NCBI GenBank assembly: GCA_016185755.1
Contig: JACPMX010000016.1
Location: 985-64,984 of the forward strand
Direction of reading: 5' to 3'
Length of the DNA stretch: 64,000 nucleotides
From: Candidatus Woesearchaeota archaeon
GTDB taxonomy: Archaea; Nanobdellota; Nanobdellia; Woesearchaeales; GW2011-AR4
In this document: piece by piece, positions 18,658 through 29,393 of the stretch
Layout of the letters: each line of letters begins with the position of its first letter
How positions within the stretch are numbered: position 1 is the stretch's first letter
Program-made: the position numbers and the translations under genes
The notes under the pieces: generated by a model
The model's input: the letters and a program-made list of their open reading frames with translations, nothing else
What the model was told of the DNA's origin: nothing
The model's database searches: none

Positions 18658-19892
18658 TTATAAAAGGCGCTGAAATGGTTTCTAAAAAAATACTGGACAG
18701 GCAACTGCCGGATCTGCCCCAAGAGATAAAATTCTGCAGAAAATGCGTGGTTTCCAACCAGCGCCCAAGGATAATTCTTGACGAGGAAGGCGTTTGCAGC
18801 GCGTGCAGGTTTGCATACGAGAAGGAGCATGCCATAGACTGGAAAGAAAGAGAAGACCTGCTTAGGAAACTATGCGACAAGTACAGGAGAAATGACGGAA
18901 GATTTGACATTGTCGTGCCCTCAAGCGGAGGCAAAGACTCGTCAGCAGTCGCGCACAAGCTAAAGCACAAGTATGGGATGCACCCTTTGACAATTACATG
19001 GGCTCCTTTGGACTACACCCCTATAGGCTGGCAGAATTTCAGGAACTTTACAAAGTCAGGATTTAACAATCTCTTATTCACGCAAAATGGCAAGCTGCTT
19101 GCAAAGCTGGCCAGGCTGGCTTTCGAGGCGGTAGGGGACGTTTTCCTTCCGTTCATATACGGCCAGACGTCTTTTGCCTTCCACGTGGCTTTGATGATGG
19201 ACATCAAGCTTGTATTTTTCGGCGAGAACCCGGAAGCGGAATACGGAGGCTCCTTGAAGTACAAGGACAAGCCGGGCATACCGATCAAAGACTGGGCAGA
19301 TACATATTATAAGGGAGTCACTGTGGACGACCTCGTAAAATACGGGCTTGAAGAAACGGATTATTTTACAAAAGACGATTATGACGAATGCGACCTTACA
19401 TTTTACAGGCCCCCTCCCTTGGAAGAATTGGAAAAAAAGGACATACAGTTCCACTGGTTTGGCTTTTATGAAAAATGGGTGCCGCAGGAAAATTATTATC
19501 ATGCCGCTGAAAATACCGGGTTCCAGCCCAATCCGGAAGGAAGGTCGGAAGGCACATATTCAAAGTATGCAAGCCTTGACGACAAATGGGATCCCTTCCA
19601 TTTTTACTTCTCATTCATAAAATTTGGAATCGGAAGGGCGACATCGGACGCATCCCACGAGATAAGGGACGGCCATATAACAAGGGAAGAAGGGACTGCA
19701 TTAGTAAAGAAATTTGACTCGGAGTTCCCTAAAAAGCATTTTAAGGAGTTCCTGGCTTTTATTGGCATGGATGAGGGGCAGTTTTGGAAAACAGTTGACA
19801 AGTTCAGGACAAGCCATATATGGAAAAAAGAAAACGGGGAATGGAAGCTAAGAAAAGCTGTTTATGACGAAGCAATCAGCATCTCCCGATGA
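18654..19892 (+). CDS. N-acetyl sugar amidotransferase (WbuX/PseA type)
   Basis: 'FCRKCV...RPRI...CSAC', PP-loop 'SGGKDS', 'KFGIGRATSDASHEIR'. Confidence 0.92.
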   Translation: MIIKGAEMVSKKILDRQLPDLPQEIKFCRKCVVSNQRPRIILDEEGVCSACRFAYEKEHAIDWKEREDLLRKLCDKYRRNDGRFDIVVPSSGGKDSSAVAHKLKHKYGMHPLTITWAPLDYTPIGWQNFRNFTKSGFNNLLFTQNGKLLAKLARLAFEAVGDVFLPFIYGQTSFAFHVALMMDIKLVFFGENPEAEYGGSLKYKDKPGIPIKDWADTYYKGVTVDDLVKYGLEETDYFTKDDYDECDLTFYRPPPLEELEKKDIQFHWFGFYEKWVPQENYYHAAENTGFQPNPEGRSEGTYSKYASLDDKWDPFHFYFSFIKFGIGRATSDASHEIRDGHITREEGTALVKKFDSEFPKKHFKEFLAFIGMDEGQFWKTVDKFRTSHIWKKENGEWKLRKAVYDEAISISR

Positions 19893-19934
19893 TCAGCCAC
19901 GGAGCTTGTTCTTTTAACAGGCATAAATCATAAT

Positions 19935-21911
19935 ATGAACCACTCAACCTATATCTTCATCAGGGATAGTTTTGAGGCATCTCTTTTCAAAAAAACAATA
20001 GCAAAAGGAATGCTGGAGAAGCACGATATAACTGCTGTTTTGTGGAGCGGAGTTGATGCTGATTTTTTTGAAAGCCGGGGCTATAATCATATAAAGCTGG
20101 ACAGCTCCGGAGAAAGGGGAAGCCTAATAAAAATCAGGAAAAATGCGGCAGAGCTTGTCAAGGCACTTCCCCACAAAAAAATTTTTGATGACAGGTCCCT
20201 TGTAGAGCTGCTTGACTACAGGGGATTCTCCCTATGGTGGTTTGTAAGGCAGGATTTCTATACAAATTGCGTGTCTGCCGTCAATGAGATATCAATGATA
20301 AGGAACACCATAAAAGAGAGAAAAGTCAAGAAAATACTGGTTTTGAGCAAAAGCGGCGGATTTCCAGAGGCAATAAAGGAAGCAGCAAAAAACCTCAATG
20401 TAAAGATTACAATACTTGTTCCGCCTGCCTTTGCGCTGCCTTTCAACCCTTCATTTCAAAATGCAGGAAACACTTTATCTGCCTTTTTCCCAAGGTCCAT
20501 AAGGGTGATCCAGGGATTTTTTAGGTCATGGCACGCCCGAAATAAAAAAGGAAAGCAAAATATCCTGCTCTATACGAGGTCAGACTACTGGTCTTATGTC
20601 AAAGAGAACGTAAGAAACGATGCCCATTCCTATACGCTATTAAGGGAGCTGTCAAATTCTCCAAAATATAACCCGGTGCTTTTGGACGTGGCGCTCACCA
20701 AATCAGCAGCGTGGAGCAGCATCAAAGAAAATAAAAAATCATACCTTCCCTTCGAATATTTCCTCTTTAAGAGCTTTTTTGACTTGAGCCTGAAGAAAAA
20801 TATCGACATCCAAAAGAAGCGCCTCGGAAGCCTGTGGGAAAAGCTTGACAAAAACGACAAATTTAATCAGATGCTTGTACTTGACGGAATCTCCCTATAC
20901 GGCGTGCTGAGGCAGCACATAAAATCATACTTCTTTGCCACTTTCGGCTCATTTACAAATGCTATAAGGAACATAGAAACAGCCAGAAAGCTGATGGACT
21001 GGTGCAATATAGATGAGGTGATCTGCCTGGACGAAAACGGCTCTTCGCGCTTCTTGGTTTTTGCTGCGAGAATGAGCGGCATACCTTCCGTAGGAATACA
21101 GCACGGAGCATTCTCGACAGAAGAGAGCATAGTCTATAACTACAGCAAGAGCGACTTATACGGATATGGAAGAAACCTCAACTGCCAGCTTCCAGACATG
21201 ACTGCGGTATTTGGAAACTATTTTAAGAATCTCCTAGTTAAAGAAGCAAGTTATCGGCCTGGCTTGATAGCTGTCACAGGCAGGCCCCAAACAGACATAA
21301 TATACGAGAACAAAGGAAAATACTCTAAGAAGGAATTATGCAGAAAACTTGGAATAAGCGCTGAAAAGAGATTGGTGCTATTCGCATCCCAGCCCCTCGG
21401 GGCGGAAGCCGAAGAAACTTTTATCTCATTAGCCAGCTCGCTGAAGCACTTTAAAAGCATACACCTTGTAGTAAAGCTGCATCCCGGAGACTCCCAAAGT
21501 TTCTTTCAGGACTCGCTGGAGAAAATGAAATACAAGGCAACAATAGTCAAAGATGAGGACATCTTCAGCCTGATAGCATGCTCAGATTTGGTGATATCCA
21601 TACAGTCAACCGTGATTCTTGAGGCGCTGCTGCTCGAAAAGCCGGTGATTCAGCTGAACACGATCGAAAAATATGAAAACCTTTTCGGCGAGCTTGCCGA
21701 AAAGCTCATCAAGCATGTAACGAAAGAGAGCGAGATTAGCAGAGTGATCAAAAGCATGCTGTCTTCCAGACAAGAAAGCAGGAATATGAAAATGAGGAAG
21801 AAATTCATATATGAGTACTACTACAAAATCGACGGGAACTCGTCCAAAAGGGCAATAAGCGAGGCTGAAAAACTTCTCAAAGTAAAAAGCAGCGCTATCC
21901 GGGCATTTTAA
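19935..21911 (+). CDS. GT-B protein (glycerophosphotransferase/capsule-type); candidate nonulosonate transferase
   Basis: 'GIQHG', 'VTGRPQTD', 'VKLHP', 'SDLVISIQSTVILEA', 'DGNSSKR'. Confidence 0.6.
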   Translation: MNHSTYIFIRDSFEASLFKKTIAKGMLEKHDITAVLWSGVDADFFESRGYNHIKLDSSGERGSLIKIRKNAAELVKALPHKKIFDDRSLVELLDYRGFSLWWFVRQDFYTNCVSAVNEISMIRNTIKERKVKKILVLSKSGGFPEAIKEAAKNLNVKITILVPPAFALPFNPSFQNAGNTLSAFFPRSIRVIQGFFRSWHARNKKGKQNILLYTRSDYWSYVKENVRNDAHSYTLLRELSNSPKYNPVLLDVALTKSAAWSSIKENKKSYLPFEYFLFKSFFDLSLKKNIDIQKKRLGSLWEKLDKNDKFNQMLVLDGISLYGVLRQHIKSYFFATFGSFTNAIRNIETARKLMDWCNIDEVICLDENGSSRFLVFAARMSGIPSVGIQHGAFSTEESIVYNYSKSDLYGYGRNLNCQLPDMTAVFGNYFKNLLVKEASYRPGLIAVTGRPQTDIIYENKGKYSKKELCRKLGISAEKRLVLFASQPLGAEAEETFISLASSLKHFKSIHLVVKLHPGDSQSFFQDSLEKMKYKATIVKDEDIFSLIACSDLVISIQSTVILEALLLEKPVIQLNTIEKYENLFGELAEKLIKHVTKESEISRVIKSMLSSRQESRNMKMRKKFIYEYYYKIDGNSSKRAISEAEKLLKVKSSAIRAF

Positions 21912-22674
21912 AGTCATACTTCTCATAGTAAGCCATTCCCTTTTTATGCAGCACATACTGAAAGATTGACCTTAAAACATTGAATCCGTAGGTTATGCTC
22001 TTAACCCTTGAAATCTCATCGCCGTAGAATGTAGGTATGGGAACCTCCTTTATCCTTAATCCCCTGCTGTGGAACTGTATCAAAATTTCAGTGTCAAAAT
22101 GGAAATCATCGGAGCACTTGTTAAAAGGCACTTTCTTCAGCGCATGGCAGCTGTAAGCCCTGTAGCCTGAGTGAAACTCGCTCAGTTTGGATCCGAGAAG
22201 GGCATTCTGGATGAAGGTCAAAAATCGGTTGCCCAGAAATTTGTAGACAGGCATCCCCCCTTTAAGAGGATGACCCATCATTCTCGATCCATTTACCATA
22301 TCAGCTTCATCATCGATTAATGGCTGCAGCATCTTTCCAAGCGCTTCAGGCGCATACTGGGCATCTCCGTGAAGCATGACAACAATATCCTGCCCTTTTT
22401 TAATAGCGTAATTATACCCTTTTTTCTGGTTGCCCCCGTACCCAAGATTTTTGGGATTCCTGTAGACATTCAATTTTTTCAGCGCATTCCTGTATTTGTA
22501 GCCCAGGGCGGCATAGTATGTGTTGTCATCACTGGAGTCATCAATAAGGAATATTTCGTTTACCTTGCCGTAAACCTCTTTAGGTATCCTCCTTATAACC
22601 TCGTCAAAAGTCTTCACGGCCTGATACGCAATGATGAACACCGCTATCTTCTTTACGCTTGTTTTTTTCACCAT
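21895..22674 (-). CDS. GT2 glycosyltransferase (polyprenol-phosphate sugar synthase-like)
   Basis: 'IDDSSDD', 'NLGYGGNQK', 'HGDAQY', 'EFHSGYRAY', 'IPTFY'. Confidence 0.9.
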   Translation of the reverse strand: MVKKTSVKKIAVFIIAYQAVKTFDEVIRRIPKEVYGKVNEIFLIDDSSDDNTYYAALGYKYRNALKKLNVYRNPKNLGYGGNQKKGYNYAIKKGQDIVVMLHGDAQYAPEALGKMLQPLIDDEADMVNGSRMMGHPLKGGMPVYKFLGNRFLTFIQNALLGSKLSEFHSGYRAYSCHALKKVPFNKCSDDFHFDTEILIQFHSRGLRIKEVPIPTFYGDEISRVKSITYGFNVLRSIFQYVLHKKGMAYYEKYDFKMPG

Positions 22675-22789
22675 TGGACATAAAATCCGCCAATTATTTA
22701 AATATCTTGCTTTTGAATATTTTAATTTAAAATCCTCCCATGACATCAAGCCAAGCAGGAATCAATAAAAGTTGGGATAATTTGCAGAA

Positions 22790-24325
22790 TCATTGCACAT
22801 AATATATGTAGGCATTTCCTTTTGTATTTTTTATCTCTTTGAGAAGCTTCCAGCCTTTTTGCTGCTTAATTATCTCTTCAGGAAAAGACCATCCATAGTT
22901 TTTTGGTATTGAATTCAAAACCTGCCAATCAATTATGATATATGCATTTTTAACCTCTGAAAAATTGATTGAGCTGCTCCCTTTGTAAGGATAATTGCCA
23001 TCCAGGTATATTTTTATGTTTTCTGTGCTTTTATATCCGCTCAGGAAGGCGTATGAGGGGTAAGATGCACCGTCTACATATACGACTATGCCGCTTTTCC
23101 CCTGCTTTGACAGAAAATCAAGCGCTTCTTTTGCATTTGACCTGGAGCCCCTGTCAGGATTAAGGTAAATGAATCCCAAGGAAGTCAAAAGCAGGAATAT
23201 GACGGCAAAAGGCGCCAGATACTTTTTTATTATTTTGTCCTTCTCCGACAGGAAACTTGCAAGTATAAGGACTGCCGGGAAGCTCAGCACTGCAAGATAC
23301 CTTGGGCTCCCTGCCGCCAAAGGTATGTAATTGCCCAAATTGAATGTCGTCGGGCCAAAGTTTATGTACAGGAACATCCCATAAAGCCACAATAAAACCG
23401 TTGTCGTTCCCTCAGTCCTCTTAAAAAACACGTAATACCCGGATGCCATCAAAATAAATATAAAAAAGAAGCCGAACTGGAAATTTGTGAGAACCAGGTA
23501 AGGAAAATGGAAAAACAGCCTTTCAAAGAGCCTTGCCCCGCTATAATCATAGAGATTTTTCATTGCTGTTGAATATTCATGCTCAAACTGGCTCTCTGTT
23601 AGGAATGGATTTCCCGAAACTGAATAATTGTGGAGCATTGCGGCAAAAAACACCACCATGAATCCCGCTAAAATGAGCATGTAGCCCCATTCAATCCTCC
23701 TGATAAAAGGCATCTTTCTTTTTAAAAAGAAAAGCTCGTACAAGCCAAATGCAGCCATAAATATGAATACGAGCAATCCGCTGGTTTTCATGTAATAGGC
23801 TATTCCGGCGGATATCCCTGAGGAGACATATAAAGCCGACTTTCTCCAGCCTGCAGATGCCCTCCTGCCTACAAGGAATGCAAGGACAGCAATGCCCATA
23901 AAAAAGGAATGAGGTATGTCGGGCAGCATAGCCGTGGAGTTGATTACATCCAGCGGGTAAAATGACAGCAGAAAAGCAGCGATCAGCCCAACTTCCCTGC
24001 CAAGCAAAAATGACCCCAGCCAATATACAAGCAAAATTCCAAGCAAGGAAGTAATAAGAGAGAACAAATAAGACGAGAATTCACTCACGCCGAATATTCT
24101 GTAAAAAAACGCTACAGGATATATGTAAGTAATCCTTGTTGAATAATGCACATCTGCTTCTGTCGGACTATACGTGCCTGACACAATCTGATACGCGTAT
24201 TTGTCATGGCTGACATCAGCAGACCCCAGAAGCCCTGTGGGAAAAAAAAGCCTTAGGAATAGTGCAAATACAAGTATACCGGCCAAAAATTTCCAATAAT
24301 TTTTATCCTTAATTTCCAGCAACAC
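22790..24325 (-). CDS. GT-C membrane glycosyltransferase (ArnT/PMT-like)
   Basis: Multi-TM. 'FGVSEFS', 'LPDIP', 'YMKTSG', 'PRYL'. Confidence 0.8.
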   Translation of the reverse strand: MLLEIKDKNYWKFLAGILVFALFLRLFFPTGLLGSADVSHDKYAYQIVSGTYSPTEADVHYSTRITYIYPVAFFYRIFGVSEFSSYLFSLITSLLGILLVYWLGSFLLGREVGLIAAFLLSFYPLDVINSTAMLPDIPHSFFMGIAVLAFLVGRRASAGWRKSALYVSSGISAGIAYYMKTSGLLVFIFMAAFGLYELFFLKRKMPFIRRIEWGYMLILAGFMVVFFAAMLHNYSVSGNPFLTESQFEHEYSTAMKNLYDYSGARLFERLFFHFPYLVLTNFQFGFFFIFILMASGYYVFFKRTEGTTTVLLWLYGMFLYINFGPTTFNLGNYIPLAAGSPRYLAVLSFPAVLILASFLSEKDKIIKKYLAPFAVIFLLLTSLGFIYLNPDRGSRSNAKEALDFLSKQGKSGIVVYVDGASYPSYAFLSGYKSTENIKIYLDGNYPYKGSSSINFSEVKNAYIIIDWQVLNSIPKNYGWSFPEEIIKQQKGWKLLKEIKNTKGNAYIYYVQ

Positions 24326-24466
24326 TTAGCATCCAGCCCGGATTATTGCACGCTATTTAAATAAATTTCCCTGAGCAGATGGATCAACTGGCTGACGAAT
24401 GTCGTTTACTCTGTTGCGAAAGCTTTATAAATCGTATCCGAATATTATTTTTGGGCTGGTGGCAAT

Positions 24467-24925
24467 ATGATTGAAGGCGTCCAGATTAAAAAACTAAAAA
24501 AAATAACAGATGAGCGCGGATTCCTGATGGAAATGCTCAGGAATGACGACACTTTCTTCCAAAAATTTGGCCAGGTATACATGACCGTGTGCAATCCAGG
24601 ATACGTCAAGGCATGGCACTACCATAAAAAACAAAGCGATAATTTTGCTGTTGTAAAGGGGACGGGAAGGGTGGGCCTTTATGACAGAAGAAAAGACTCA
24701 ACGACAAAAGGAGATGTGATGGATATGACTATTGGGGAGGGCAACCCTGCGCTCGTATTCATCCCAAAAGGGGTTGTTCACGGATTTGAAGCCGTTGGAA
24801 ACGAGCCATGCTTCCTGATAAATACAGTGACAGAGCCTTACAATTACAATTCCCCCGACGAGGAAAGGATAGACCCGTTTGACAATGATATTCCATTTAA
24901 ATGGAAAAACAAAAAGGGTTGGTAG
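24467..24925 (+). CDS. rmlC: dTDP-4-dehydrorhamnose 3,5-epimerase family (cupin)
   Basis: 'DERG', 'KAWHYH', 'IPKGVVHG'. Confidence 0.85.
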   Translation: MIEGVQIKKLKKITDERGFLMEMLRNDDTFFQKFGQVYMTVCNPGYVKAWHYHKKQSDNFAVVKGTGRVGLYDRRKDSTTKGDVMDMTIGEGNPALVFIPKGVVHGFEAVGNEPCFLINTVTEPYNYNSPDEERIDPFDNDIPFKWKNKKGW

Positions 24926-24927
24926 CT

Positions 24928-25926
24928 ATGCGTCTGTTAGTTACCGGGGGCTCGGGCTTTATAGGCTCTAATTTTATAAGGCTTATTCTTTCAAAATATC
25001 CGGGCTACAGTGTGATAAACCTTGACAAGCTTACTTATGCTGGCAACCCTGACAACCTTAAGGATGCTGAAAGCAACAGGAATTACAAATTTGTCAAAGG
25101 AGACATTTGCGATTCCAAGATTGTCAGAGATCTGATGAAAAAAACAGATGCAGTTGTCCATTTCGCAGCAGAAACACATGTCGACAGGAGCATAATGGAC
25201 GCCGGCACCTTTATACAAACGGATGTCTATGGGACATTTGTGCTGCTAAACGAGGCAAGAAAAAGCAACATAAGCAAGTTCATTCACATTTCCACTGATG
25301 AAGTGTATGGCAGCATAGAAAAAGGGTCATTTACCGAAGAAAGCTCGCTGAACCCAACAAACCCATATTCAGCTTCAAAAGCAGGGGCAGACAGGCTGGC
25401 ATATTCCTATTTCAAGACCTTTAATCTGCCGGTTTGCATATCAAGAAGCTCCAATAATTTCGGCCCGTACCAGCATCCGGAAAAATTCATTCCCCTGTTC
25501 ATAACCAACGCAATTGAAAACAAGCCACTGCCGCTTTATGGGGACGGGAAAAACAGGAGAGACTGGATATATTCACCGGATAATTGCCGAGCGATTGATC
25601 TGCTGCTGCACAAGGGAAAAATAGGAGAGGTTTACAATATCGGCGGCGGCAATGAAATGGAGAACATTGAAATCGCAAAAATGATAATTAAGGAGCTCGG
25701 GAAAAATGAAGACATGATAAATCTTGTCAGGGACCGGCCCGGGCACGATAAGAGATACTCGCTAAACAGCAGGAAAATCGGCCACCTTGGATTTAAGCCA
25801 GGCCGGGATTTCAAGAGCGCGCTAAAGGAAACTATAAGATGGTACACCAAAAACACCCAATGGTGGAAAAAAATAAAATCCGGGGAGTACAGACGCTATT
25901 ATGGCAGGCAATATAAAGCTGATTAG
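24928..25926 (+). CDS. rmlB: dTDP-glucose 4,6-dehydratase
   Basis: 'TGGSGFIG', 'DKLTYAGN', 'AAETHVDRSI', 'STDEVYG', 'YSASK', 'DRPGHD'. Confidence 0.95.
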   Translation: MRLLVTGGSGFIGSNFIRLILSKYPGYSVINLDKLTYAGNPDNLKDAESNRNYKFVKGDICDSKIVRDLMKKTDAVVHFAAETHVDRSIMDAGTFIQTDVYGTFVLLNEARKSNISKFIHISTDEVYGSIEKGSFTEESSLNPTNPYSASKAGADRLAYSYFKTFNLPVCISRSSNNFGPYQHPEKFIPLFITNAIENKPLPLYGDGKNRRDWIYSPDNCRAIDLLLHKGKIGEVYNIGGGNEMENIEIAKMIIKELGKNEDMINLVRDRPGHDKRYSLNSRKIGHLGFKPGRDFKSALKETIRWYTKNTQWWKKIKSGEYRRYYGRQYKAD

Positions 25927-25985
25927 GCAATAACAGCAAAATTTATTATTACGGGCAAAAACCGGATGATTATTCAGATTGCAGG

Positions 25986-26732
25986 ATGCAGCAGGCAAAG
26001 AAAATGAACAAAATCAGGGGAGTGATACTTGCAGGAGGATTTGGCTCAAGGCTAGGCTTACTGACAAGAATAACAAACAAGCACCTGCTGCCGGTTTATG
26101 ACAAGCCAATGATATTCTATCCGCTGCAGAAGCTGCTTGACGCGGGAATCAAGGACATACTCATAGTTTCCGGTCCGGAATACTCCGGGCATTTTCTGAG
26201 GCTGCTGGGCTCCGGCAGGGAATTTGGCGTCAGGTTCACATATGAAATTCAGGACGAAGCCGGAGGCATTGCACAGGCCCTTGGGCTGGCTGAGGGCTTT
26301 GCAGACGGCAATAACGTAGCGGTAATTTTAGGAGATAACATATTTGAGGACAACCTTTCCAATGAAATAAACTCATTTACTGCCGGGGCTAAGCTGTTTT
26401 TGAAGGAAGTTGCCGATGCAAACAGGTTCGGAGTTGCGCAAATATCAGGAAACAAGATTATCGGCATTGAAGAGAAACCAAAAAAACCAAAATCCAGCTA
26501 TGCCGTTACAGGGCTATACCTTTATGACTTCAGGGTGTTTGACATAATAAAATCCCTTAAGCCATCTTCCCGCGGGGAGCTGGAAATCACAGACGTCAAC
26601 AACCATTATATAAAAGACGGAAAAATGTCATATTCAATAGTAAAGGGATTCTGGTCAGATGCAGGCACTTATGATTCCCTGTTAAGGGCATCAACACTCG
26701 TCAAGTCGTCCCGTGACAAGAAGAAAGAATAG
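25986..26732 (+). CDS. rmlA: Glucose-1-phosphate thymidylyltransferase (short form)
   Basis: 'LAGGFGSRL', 'KHLLPVYDKPMI', 'LGDN', 'EEKP', 'RGELEITD', 'WSDAGT'. Confidence 0.92.
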   Translation: MQQAKKMNKIRGVILAGGFGSRLGLLTRITNKHLLPVYDKPMIFYPLQKLLDAGIKDILIVSGPEYSGHFLRLLGSGREFGVRFTYEIQDEAGGIAQALGLAEGFADGNNVAVILGDNIFEDNLSNEINSFTAGAKLFLKEVADANRFGVAQISGNKIIGIEEKPKKPKSSYAVTGLYLYDFRVFDIIKSLKPSSRGELEITDVNNHYIKDGKMSYSIVKGFWSDAGTYDSLLRASTLVKSSRDKKKE

Positions 26733-26766
26733 AAATTGCCTAAATTTCAGCCCTAATAAAAATAAA

Positions 26767-27873
26767 ATGATACCCTTATTCAAGCCATGTTCCGATGAAG
26801 AGGAGATACGCGCGGTAGCCGAAGCTCTTAAGAGCGGATGGTGGGGCCTAGGTCCAAAGACAAAGGAATTCGAGGAAAAATTCGCAGAGTACATAGGCAC
26901 AAAGTATGCGGTATGCCTGAATTCAGCCACTGCAGCACTGCACCTTTCATTAAAAGCACTCGACCTTCCTGAAGGAAGCGAAGTAATAACAACTCCCATA
27001 AGCTTCATTTCCACGTCATTTGCTGCGCACTACAACAATCTAAAGCCCGTGTTTGCAGATGTTAGCAGAGATACACTTAACTTAGACCCGGAGGATGTGC
27101 GCAGGAAAATCACCCCTAAGACAAAAGCAATCATGCCAGTGCATTTTGGCGGCCATATATGCGATATTGAGGAGCTGACATCAATAGCTTCGGAGCACAG
27201 CCTTGCTATTGTTGAAGATGCTGCGCATGCTGCAGGAAGCGAGTTCAATGGCAAAAAGGCAGGAAGCTTTGGCAAATTCGGGTGTTTTTCGTTCCACGCT
27301 GTCAAGAACCTTGCAACAGGGGACGGTGGAATGGTAACTACTAATGACAAAAAGGCATATGAGAGGCTTGTGCGTTTGCGATGGCTTGGAATTGACAAAT
27401 CTACATTCTCAAGGACGCTGAACTCAAACTATACTTGGGATTATGATGTAAGGGAGCTTGGCTTCAAGTGCCACGGCAATGACATATTATCCAGCATAGG
27501 CATAGTGCAGCTTAAAAAACTGGAAAGCACAAATAAAAGGCGAAGAGAAATTTTTAAAGAATACAATGATGCCCTTAAGGATGTTGTGGAAACTCCATCA
27601 TGGAGAAAAGGCCATATCAGCGCATGCCATAATTACGTTGCGAAAGCCGATGACAGGGACAGCCTTATAGCCCACCTCAATGCCAATGGAATATCTGCAG
27701 GAGTGCATTACAAGCCCCTTTACCTTCATTCCTATTACAAAGGGCTGAAAGCTGACTGTCCAGTGTCAGATGAAGTATGGCAAAAAATGATATCCCTCCC
27801 CCTGTTTCCAGACTTAAAAGAAAAAGAAATAAGAAGGGTCATCAGCTGCATCAAGGAATTCTACGGGAAATAA
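26767..27873 (+). CDS. DegT/DnrJ/EryC1/StrS sugar aminotransferase
   Basis: 'NSATAALH', 'VEDAAHA', 'FSFHAVKNLATGDGG'. Confidence 0.93.
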   Translation: MIPLFKPCSDEEEIRAVAEALKSGWWGLGPKTKEFEEKFAEYIGTKYAVCLNSATAALHLSLKALDLPEGSEVITTPISFISTSFAAHYNNLKPVFADVSRDTLNLDPEDVRRKITPKTKAIMPVHFGGHICDIEELTSIASEHSLAIVEDAAHAAGSEFNGKKAGSFGKFGCFSFHAVKNLATGDGGMVTTNDKKAYERLVRLRWLGIDKSTFSRTLNSNYTWDYDVRELGFKCHGNDILSSIGIVQLKKLESTNKRRREIFKEYNDALKDVVETPSWRKGHISACHNYVAKADDRDSLIAHLNANGISAGVHYKPLYLHSYYKGLKADCPVSDEVWQKMISLPLFPDLKEKEIRRVISCIKEFYGK

Positions 27874-27925
27874 CTCATTCCTCTTTTTCCATAATTTTTA
27901 TATACCTCCCAGCTTTTCTTTCCTG

Positions 27926-28609
27926 ATGGCACTTTACACGTTTAAGGAGGACAAGTACAGCAGCCATATGCAGATAGGAGACATAATAAAATCTCTCGGG
28001 CTTAAGCCAAATTCAAAAATACTTGATGTAGGCTGCTCAAAGGGATTTGCAGCAAAAAATCTCAGCAGCATGAATTTCGATTTTTACGGCATAGAAATGG
28101 ACAAAAAAGATGCCAAAATTGCCAAGCCTTACTACATAAATATAAATATCTGCGACCTGGATTTAAATCCTCCTGAATACAAAAACGAATTTTTTGACGC
28201 AATCATCATGGCAGACATACTGGAGCATCTGAGAGACCCATTAAATGCACTAAACCACTTCAGAAAATCTCTGAAAAATGGCGGCTGGGTCATCATGTCA
28301 ACAGGCAACGTTGCCAATCTTTGGGTAAGAATCAACCTTCTTTTTGGAAAATTTGAGTATACAGACAAAGGCATACTGGACAGGACGCATACCCGCCTTT
28401 ATACGCTAAAGACTTTCAAGAGGCTTGCGAAGGATGCAGGATTAGAAATCAAAAAAATAGCCGTTACGCCCATACCATTGCCATTAGTATCCTCGCTGTT
28501 TGCCAAGGATGGGATTCTCTATTTTCTGCATAAAATAAGCTATTTTTTGGCGATTTTGCATAAAAAGCTTTTTGGCTACCAGTTCATTCTGGTCTGCAGC
28601 AAGAAATGA
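27926..28609 (+). CDS. Class I SAM-dependent methyltransferase
   Basis: 'ILDVGCSKG', 'DILEHL', 'GILDRTH'. Confidence 0.9.
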   Translation: MALYTFKEDKYSSHMQIGDIIKSLGLKPNSKILDVGCSKGFAAKNLSSMNFDFYGIEMDKKDAKIAKPYYININICDLDLNPPEYKNEFFDAIIMADILEHLRDPLNALNHFRKSLKNGGWVIMSTGNVANLWVRINLLFGKFEYTDKGILDRTHTRLYTLKTFKRLAKDAGLEIKKIAVTPIPLPLVSSLFAKDGILYFLHKISYFLAILHKKLFGYQFILVCSKK

Positions 28610-28613
28610 ATTT

Positions 28614-29357
28614 TTACTCAAGCAAATAATACCTAAAAATTCCGTAGTTATGCAGCTTGTACCTTATAATTTTCCAAAACAGGTTCAGCCCGTATTTCAC
28701 GCATGTCGGAAATGAAGTGGATGAAGATTCTTCCTCGTATTTTGTCGGTATCGGGATTTCCGCAATCCTGAAATTTCTTGACACCACCTGGATCATTGCC
28801 TCCTCGTCAAATGTAAACCCGTCAGAATTCTTTACGAATGGTATGGACTTGAGCACTTTACTTGAATATGCTATATATCCTGTGGCAGCATCGGTTATTT
28901 TTATATTAAGGAATATCCGAAAATAGAATGTAAGGGCACGGTTCCCAAGCCTCTTCCACCAGGGCATGCCGCCTTTTTTCGCATCGCCTTTGACCAGCAT
29001 CCTGGAGCCGTAAACAACATCTGCCCTGTTTTCTTTTATCGGGCTTATGATTTCCGGAATTTTTTTTGGGCTGTACTGGTAGTCGGGGTGCAGCAGAACT
29101 ATGATATCGGCACCCTTCCTGAGAGCATTCCTGTAGCACGTTTTCTGGTTTGCGCCATACCCCTTATTCTTTTTATGTATGATAACATCCAGCCCAAGTT
29201 TTCTCGCTATTTCAGCCGTATTGTCCTTGCTGCAGTCATCAACCAGTAAAATCCCATCTACATGGCTCTTTGGAATCTCCTTATACGTTTTTTCAAGCGT
29301 CTTTGATGCGTTATAGGCAGGCATCACGACAATAACCTTTAATTTTTCTTCCGGCAT
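28614..29357 (-). CDS. GT2 glycosyltransferase (polyprenol-phosphate sugar synthase-like)
   Basis: 'VMPAYN', 'VDDCSKD', 'GYGANQK', 'HPDYQY'. Paralogue of 21895..22674. Confidence 0.9.
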   Translation of the reverse strand: MPEEKLKVIVVMPAYNASKTLEKTYKEIPKSHVDGILLVDDCSKDNTAEIARKLGLDVIIHKKNKGYGANQKTCYRNALRKGADIIVLLHPDYQYSPKKIPEIISPIKENRADVVYGSRMLVKGDAKKGGMPWWKRLGNRALTFYFRIFLNIKITDAATGYIAYSSKVLKSIPFVKNSDGFTFDEEAMIQVVSRNFRIAEIPIPTKYEEESSSTSFPTCVKYGLNLFWKIIRYKLHNYGIFRYYLLE

Positions 29358-29393
29358 AGAATCACGCTAAATCCATGGCTATTTAAAATTTAT

